A DNA stretch of 64,000 bases from Eledone cirrhosa (Eukaryota), in assembly GCA_964016885.1 (NCBI GenBank), contig OZ024741.1:300142001-300206000 (forward strand), read 5' to 3'. This document shows, piece by piece, positions 55,771-64,000 of the stretch. The stretch's first letter is position 1, and each line of letters starts with the position of its first letter. A model generated the notes under the pieces. It did not search any database, was not told the origin of the DNA, and saw nothing but the letters and a program-made list of their open reading frames with translations. The translations under genes were made by a program, and so were the position numbers.

Positions 55771-56687
55771 AGTGGTGAGTAAAATACTGGACAAATAAAA
55801 CATCAATTGTGAATAAATTATGTTGATCTGAAACTATTTGCAAAATATGATAAGCAATTGTAGGGGCTATTATCAACTGTGAAGCAGAGGAAGCTGCTGA
55901 GAAGTTTAGGCATTAATCTTGATCGGGGGAATGTGATAAGAGAACTTCATCAAGAGGAAACTTACAAATATCTAGGAGACGCAAAAAAGCACTCGACAAT
56001 GATGGAAACGACAAGGAAGGAATGTTACCGCAGAGTAAGATCAATCTTAAGAACGGAATTGAATGCAAGGAATAGGATTGATGCTATAAAACGCTTGCCA
56101 TACTAGTAGTAACCTACAGTTACAATGTCATCAACTGGTCAAGCACAGAGATCCGTAGGCTCGATACAAAAATTAGAAAATTCTTAACCATGCACGGAAT
56201 GAATCACCCTAAGGCAGATACAGATAAGAAAGAAGGACGACGTGGATTAATCCAGTTTTATATTGCTTTGAAATTGCAACAATTGTATTATCTACATATC
56301 TAAGGGATTCACATGATTGGATGATCAAACTTGTTTTGAAATATGATATCATCAAAAGATCATACCCCATTACAAAAGATGCACAAAGATACAGTAATGA
56401 ACTACACATTTCAGAAGTTCCATTTACTGCTGAAATGAAAAACACAGAAAAAGCAAAGCAGGTAAAAGTAACTAACTGCAAAGAAAGAACTGCTACAGAA
56501 ACTGACTAAGAAATGGCAAGAAAAGCCTCTGTATGGAAACAAAAATACCCAGAAAGAGCTAACAATCTTGATGGTGACAAAGCCTTATACCATCAGTGGT
56601 TGGCATCCTCTGGACTGAAATCGGAGACTGAAGGACTGATTATATCAGCACAAGAACAGTGTCTGCCAATAAAAATTATCAAGCCAA

Positions 56688-58530
56688 CGACCGCGGGGGA
56701 TAGCCGTGGCTTAAGGAGAGCACGACCCCTCTAGTCTTGGTTGACACTAGTCCTAAGAGTGGCAATTCGAAATGATTACCCCTTGGCGGTTAAGTATAAA
56801 ACGCAACAACATATATCCAATGCCAATTGTTAAAAACTCCTACCGGGTCAAAAACAGCCGCGTCCCTCAGAGAGGAACCAGACTGTGGTCGAAAAATAAG
56901 CTAATGGTTCAAACCTTCCCATCCATTCGGAGCTGGAGACCTCCCATAACCGGAATACTCCCACTGATGTCCTGCCATGCTCACTATCAAGAAATCAAAA
57001 GAAAAAGAGCGAAAATTGGTCCTTGAGGCTTTCTACACTGCCATGTACTACCCATCAAATAGATCGAATACAGAACAGATATATATCAACTGGAAAAAGA
57101 TTGACAGTAACAAAGTGGCTAATATACGAAGAAACATTGTTAAAAAGTTACTAACTGACATAGAAATTGATCAGATCAAGAAATTAGCGCAAAGTCACCG
57201 AATGGAAAAAGAAACGTGTCAGTGAAAACCAAGTAAATTGTAACACCTTAAATCCCAGGGTCGGGACGGAATCATTGGCAGCAGAACGAATTAAAGAAAG
57301 GGTCGAAAAGTGGAAGAAGTGCATGCATGCTCAAGATGAAACTCAAAATGAAAACAATGAGATCATCATTGATAAAGAAATGAATGTGAATGAATTCAGC
57401 AACTTATAGAATGAAATCATGATCGAATGGATGAAAATGAAAGAATCTGACATGAGGAAACGAGACACTCTTCCTAAGATCCAGAACTCCAAACAAAATC
57501 AAAGGATAATACGCAAGACTAACATAGCTATCAAAGACATTATCATCACAAATAAAGTAAACATTACTGATCTAAATGATATATACTATGCATCGGTTAA
57601 TGTCACCACTCTCTTATGTGGAGTGAAAATGAAAAAAGAAAGGAATGCTCACAAAAAACTTACTTGGCAAGAGAACATCAATTGCCAAAAAAACATTCTC
57701 CGACCTGACATTGAAATGTTAGCAAACTACAAAGTAGGTGAACATGTTAAATAAATTAAACTCAGAAAATTGAAGAGAAAATATAATATAAAATTAACAG
57801 GCGACATAGACATGATGATAGAAACAATCAAGCAAAAATTGTCGGCCAAAGCTGATCGTATAAGGCGCTTTGAAAAGCGCTCTAGATTCTATAAGGACAA
57901 ATGTTTAAAAACGACCCAAAAACTCTACAAAAAATTTGGCAAGTCAACAATAACTGCTAAATCAAGGAGGAAGTGCAAGAATTCTGGGAAAAGATCTGGG
58001 ACGAAGAAAAAGTTCATAATATACATGTCCCATGGATAGACAGACAAATGAAAGGCACAGCTCACCTTGAAGAGCAAACATGGGAAAATGTAACAGTTGA
58101 ACATCTGCGTTTAGCTCTTAGAAAATCCAGCAAATGGAAATCCCCCGGGAAAGACAAAATACCACATTTTTTTATAAATGCCTTCACAGATTCTCATGAG
58201 CTGTTAGACCAAATTTACAATGAAATGGTTAAGGAGCCAGAAAAGATACCATCATGGCTAGTTAACGGCATTACATTCCTACTTCCGAAGAGTGATGAGA
58301 CAAACAATCCCAAAAATTACAGATCGATAACTTGCTTGACCACAATCGATAAAATCTTAACATCACTCATAACTGAATATACATATGGTCGCCTGATAAC
58401 AACTGATCTATTTCCCAATGAACAGCAAGGGTGTAAAGGAGGGTTGTATGGCTGAAAGGATCAGCTTTTGATTAACAAAATGATACTGGAAGATTGTCAT
58501 AATAGACACAAAAATCTATCAATTGCTTGG
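56688..58530 (+). pseudogene. R4/Dong-like element fragment B (5' end to early RT)
   Basis: IKQKLSAKADRIRRF; WKSPGKDKI; PKNYRSITCL; EQQGC...KDQLLINK...NLSIAW. Confidence 0.85.
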
Positions 58531-61121
58531 AAGAAACGACTGAATGGTCAAATCAAGGGAATGAGAGAAGAAATTGGAAAGCTTGAGTCTTTACTGAATG
58601 AAATATTACAAAACATAGACACTAAAGATACATTGAAAATAAAATACAAAACTAGGGGGAAAGAGCTAAATGTTATCATGGGGGAACTGAAGCAACGCAT
58701 TGTAGCAAAACGTGCAAAGATTAGGCGGTATGAGAACAGATTTAGTCAGCATAGACAGAACCGCATGTTTGACAACAACCGGAAGATGTTGTTTGAACAG
58801 CTTGAAGAGAAAGAAAGAGGCAACGACGTGATCGCCGATGCGGAACAGACTAAGACATTCTGGAGAGTAATATGGGAGCAGGATGGTGAACATAAGAGTC
58901 AGGCAGTGTGGATTGAGACAAGCACACACACAACCTGATTTGAAAATCACAGTTGAAAAAACCTAACCAACTGGAAATCACCAGGCCCAGATGGTGTGCA
59001 AGGGTATTGGATTAAAAATATAAAATCCCTCCACCAAAAACTGACAACCATGTTCAATGACTGCTTGATGTCGGGTGAAGTACCAGAGTGGTTGACAAAA
59101 AGTACCACAGTTCTGGTAATGAAAGACCGAATCAAGGGTAAAGACGTTACCGACTATAGGCCTATCACATGTCTGTCCGTAATGTGGAAACTGTTAACAG
59201 GAAATCTACTATCACCGCCACATAAACAACTTGTTACCGGACGAACAGAAAGGATGCCGAAGGAAGTCCCGTGGTACAAAAGACCAGTTACTTATTGATA
59301 AGATGGTAATGAGGAATTGCAAGAGGAGACACACAGGTCTTGCCATGAGATGAATAGATTACAAAAAGGCATTCGACATGGTACATCATTCTTGGATAAC
59401 CAAAAGCCTAGAGATCTTCAAGGTGGCAGATAACATCAGACAGCTATTAAGCAAAAGTATGAAGTCCTGGGAAAAAGAGTTAACATCAGGTGGAGAATCC
59501 TTGAGAAGTGTGAAGATCAAGATAGGTATCTTCCAGGGAGATAGTTTGTCCCCTTTCTTGTTTGTCCTTGCCCTGATACCCCTGTCCGTCATATTGCGAA
59601 ATGTGAGAGCAGGATACAAGTTGGGAAGGAGAGAGCTTACCATCAACCACCTCCTCTTCATGGACGACCTTAAACTCTTTGGGAAGAGTGAGAAGGAGTT
59701 GGATGTACTTGTTGACACTGTCCGTATTTTCAGCAATGATTATATGTATGGAATTTGGTGTTAATAACTGTGGAGTCCTAGTGATGAAGAGAGGTAAATT
59801 GAGTAGAAGCAACAGAATCCAGGTACTAAAAGGTGAGATGATAAAGGAAATTGACACTGAAGAAGGATACAAATATTTAAGTGTTCTGGAGGCAGAAGAT
59901 ACCAAGAACAAAAAAACATGAAGGAATTGATAAGATCTGAATACATAAGGAAAGTAAGGAACATATTAAAATCACTTCAAAACAGTAGGAGAGTCATAAG
60001 TACCGTAAATTCCGAGCTGCGTCTATTATTAGGTACAGTGCGAGAATTCTGAAATGGAATGTTGCTGAACAAAAATAAATGGATAGGAAGACTAGGAAGC
60101 TATTGACTATTTACAACATGTTCCACAAGGGGAGTGATGTTGATAGACTATACTTAAAGAGATCTGAAGGTGGAAGAGGTCTTATCAGCATAGAGAACTA
60201 TGTTCAGATGGAGAAGAACAGTCTGCACAAATATTTGGCTGACATTAGGAAGCCAATATTCAAAATTGTACTGAAGGAGAATACAATAGACCTGGGAGTG
60301 TCCAAGGAGGAAATAACTAGGAGGACGAGCAACCTTCATGAAAAATCCCTTCATAGCACTTTCTTTAAGAAAACGGAATTCAGAGATCCACAGACATAGA
60401 ACTGGTTAAAAAGAGGAGACGTTAAAAAAGCTACAGAAGGAATGCTAATGGCTGAGCAAGAGCAAGCTCTCAGAACGAAGTGGGTGAAAAACCATATTGA
60501 CAAGGGGGAGTTAGCTCACGATGTAGGATGTGAGGAGAGAGGAGACTATGGTTCACATTGTATCCGAGTGTAAACAGCTAGCCCAAACTCACTATAATGG
60601 TTGTAGACATGATATCATAGGAAGGTTGATCCACAGACATCTATGCAAACTAAATAATTTACCACATTCTGAGAAGTGGTATGAGCATAATCCAGAGTCG
60701 GTGATAGAAAACGATCAGGTGAAGGTGCTGTGAGAAATTACAACACAACAGGCCTGACCTGGTGGCTTTGGATAAGGAAAAAAGATCGTGTCTGATTGTA
60801 GATGTAGCCTGCCCATTTGACACGAGAGTAAAAGAAAAGGAGAAGGAGAAAATTAATCGATACCAGGATTTAATGTCGGAGTTAAAAAGGATTCGGAACT
60901 GCCATGAAATCAAGGTCGTCCCGATTGTCACAGGCCCGCTAGGGACTATCTCAAAGAGTTTCCAAGGATGGTTAAAGAAGATTAGTCCAGCCCCGTTTTT
61001 TTGGAACACTTCAAAAGACATGATTGCTGGGAACAGCATGAACCCTCCGATACGTCCTGAATGTCTGAGGCTGCAACAAACTTTCCAGTTAAATAACATA
61101 AATGACTGAGACTCAAAGAAC

Positions 61122-61154
<33 letters not shown>

Positions 61155-61155
61155 A
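58528..61155 (+). pseudogene. R4/Dong-like element fragment C (RT, CCHC, RLE) ending in (TAA)n
   Basis: WKSPGPDG; YRPITCL; GIFQGDSLSP; HLLFMDDLKL; ETMVHIVSEC; RPDLV...IVDVACPFD...KINRYQDL. Confidence 0.9.
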
Positions 61156-61327
61156 ATTGTTTCTACTTTTGACACAAGGCCAGCAATTAACCATTGCATT
61201 ACTGGTACTTTATTTTATCGACCCCGTAAGGATGAAGGCAAAGTTAACCTCGGCGCGATTTGAACTCAGAATGGCAAGGGCTATAACTCCCATGCTGCGA
61301 AGCATGGTGTCCGACTCCCTACCGATA
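61155..61327 (-). mobile_element. tRNA-derived SINE, slightly 5'-truncated
   Basis: Closely similar to 54767-54946. Confidence 0.88.
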
Positions 61328-62284
61328 GAAGAAGAAGAAGAAGAAGAAGAAGAAGAAGAAGAAGAAGAAGAAGAAGAAGAAGAAGAAGAATCAATCTTGA
61401 TCTTGGTTTTTAACAATTACTGACAAATATTGCATCCGGTTATATTCTATCGTACGTTGAGATGGATTCGAGGTATTGTTTTTAAATCGTAGATCCATTT
61501 GTATTTTTATATTAAAGCAGTAATATAATGTCTCGCTTTTGTCTACAAAATCGCTGCAACATTTGTACCTAAAGAAACCCTTTCATGTTTGCCGCCCGGG
61601 AAATACATTCTCCTTTTTACAGAGAATATTTTCACCATTCGATTTTAGCGCTATATCCGAACACACAATGTGATAACCAAAATAATATAAAAAGAATTAG
61701 ACAACGACGGCGGTGCCGAAGGAATATATTTATGTTGTTTATGTAATTTAATTACTTGTGAGATATCGGCAATAAAGGTGATGATTTTCTTCTTCTTCTT
61801 CTTCTTCTTCTTCTTCTTCTTCTTCTTCTTCTTCCATTACTTTTATTATTTACATTATTATTGACATAGGTAAGTTGGTTTTGTGATATCTTAATAAAGA
61901 AGGGCATGCTGAGTGTGTCTCATCTTCAGAATAATTTACTGGAAGTAATGCATAAAAGAAAAGAATTAAAATAGGAAAAAAAGAGAAATGCAGTATGCAA
62001 CAACATTAAATTCAATTTCCAAAGAAAATATATACTTCATATTACCAATGATTGTTAATATCTTTAGAAGATCTGTGTTTATGTATTGAAACACGTTATT
62101 TATATGTTTTCTTTAATCGATGAAATCTGTTGAAGTAGGTCTGTTCCAGCAGCAATTTCAACAAATATCGCATAAGACATTGGTCACAATTTAGCGAAGA
62201 ATTACCAATAGATAAGAGGTTGAATAATAGAGACAAAGATATTCGATTTCTTGTACGTTCAGCCGTATACGTTTGGCTTTCTAT

Positions 62285-62360
62285 ATTTACTGTATCTATA
62301 TTATTGTTCTCCCTGTCACTTTTATTTCATCCCCTCTCAACATAAATATAATACACACAC

Positions 62361-62427
<67 letters not shown>

Positions 62428-62465
62428 TTAAATATGTATATGTATGTGCATGTGTATACATATAC

Positions 62466-62503
<38 letters not shown>

Positions 62504-62535
62504 GTATACACATGCACACACATATACATATTTAA

Positions 62536-62580
<45 letters not shown>

Positions 62581-62655
62581 GTGTGTGTATTATATTTATG
62601 TTGAGAGAGGGTGAAATAAAAGTGACAGAGAGAACAATAATGTAGATACAATAAT
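62285..62655. repeat. Inverted repeat (about 80-bp arms) flanking a (TA)n tract
   Basis: 62285-62365 vs 62576-62655. Confidence 0.8.
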
Positions 62656-62851
62656 GTGTATACCAGTTGGTGATATGGAGTTACATAGATACATTACATA
62701 GATATATTCGATTAGTCTACACATCGATATTTTGCTATTTGAAACTATCGTAAATCTATAGATAAACTGCCACCTAGCTTCATATTTTATTTCTTTATTG
62801 TTGAACATATTACCTCTCCACCCTTATCACGCTTTCTCTTTCTTTCTTTCT

Positions 62852-62919
<68 letters not shown>

Positions 62920-62923
<4 letters not shown>

Positions 62924-63140
62924 ACATGTGCTTCCTTTTGTTCTTTCTCCTCGGCACCAGGGTCTCAGTTGCTTCCGCCACTGGATTGGTGAAGTACCCG
63001 TACCTCGTCGTCACACTCTCCTCAGTCCGTCCAATCTCTCTCCTCTGTCGCTCCACACACACAGAGCACTGAACCTGTTCCTCACTTCTAATGTGAACCT
63101 CTCCTGTAGCTTCTTATCTTCCAGTATGTTGACACGATTA
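62920..63140 (-). mobile_element. RTE-type LINE internal fragment (EN-RT linker)
   Basis: LEDKKLQERFTLEVRNRFSAL...AEATETLVPRRK. Confidence 0.6.
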
Positions 63141-64000
63141 AATAGTGTGGGAAAAGACTACCTCAAAAAGTGAAATATAGATTCTCTTACCCTGAAACAA
63201 TCACTATGCTTAGAATCTTTTTTCAGTGACAGTAAAGGAAAACCAGATTACAGTTTGCCTCAGGTTATATGAAGCTACAACGCTACATTATAATAAGTAA
63301 ATGTACAGAATATAATATAAGTAAATGTACAGAATACAGCTCTATAATATAATAAGTATATAGAGTAAAGTAGAATGAATGAGTTAAAGAAATTAGAGGT
63401 GAATCTCCAAAATAAATACAATGATATAGTAATGAAATAGAAGACAAAGATAAAGGAAAACAATATAAACTTAAATTCGTAAAACATATTCAGTAAACAG
63501 TTGATATAAATATCGGTAAAATAGTTAATAAACTTAGGAGAATATAGATGAATAAATCAATAACTAGAAGCGTATACACTAAATATAATCCAATATACAA
63601 TAGTGTATCGAAAACTGAGAATATAAATAATATAAAAATACAATGATAATTACACCAGTACTTAACGAAATACAATAACTGAGTAGTAAAATATAAAAAT
63701 TGAAAATTTAATAAAATCCTTTCTCTATCGGTAAAAAAAAACTTTGGTTACAAGGGATTCATTTTAGTAACTAATTGATTTTAGAGTATTCATAGAGCTA
63801 TTGTAGTGTTTGTTCTGGCTGTTCTGAAATAAGTTAGTAAATGGATTGCTACATTGGACGCGTAACATACATATGCATGAATGGAAAAGTAGATACACTC
63901 GCACGCTCTCTCTAACACACAAACACTGAAATAAACATACACTCATAAATAACTATAATTATACATGGTCAAATTTACCTACGTACGCACGCACAACAGG

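Larger units (their letters stand above)
54300..56687 (+). mobile_element. R4/Dong-like non-LTR element fragment A, interrupted by SINE and CRE-like insertions; left boundary uncertain
   Basis: ETYKYLG; RRVRSILRTELNARNRIDAI; LDTKIRKFLTMHGMNHPKAD; GLKSETEGLIISAQEQ. Confidence 0.7.

Noticed and set aside
61900-61935. Minus-strand CTGAAGA-tgag-acaca-ctca hammerhead-like start
   Set aside because: No GAAA or stem I closure.
63186-63280. Minus-strand splice donor (GTAAGAG) suggesting a host exon
   Set aside because: No convincing acceptor or reading frame.

Overview
AT-rich eukaryotic DNA made almost entirely of transposable elements embedded in (TA)n, (TG)n, (TAA)n, (GAA)n and (TATG)n microsatellites. 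A repeated tRNA-derived SINE resembles, from memory, a common octopod SINE, so the host is probably an octopod cephalopod (inference). No host gene is supportable. The window holds a composite Helitron (about 4.3-10.3 kb), a full-length decayed Gypsy LTR element (13925-19815), at least six Penelope-like elements (PLEs, RT plus C-terminal GIY-YIG) mostly with inverted pseudo-LTRs, RTE, R4/Dong-like and CRE-like LINE remnants, and SINEs. The main signal is a dense set of about 16 type I hammerhead ribozyme motifs of several families. Some lie in PLE pseudo-LTRs. Others lie in small non-coding, hairpin-rich, partially tandem and inverted elements (monomers of about 467 and 330 nt) inserted in (TA)n, which look like retrozyme-type circular-RNA parasites of the PLEs. 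All motif calls were made by eye and no activity is shown.
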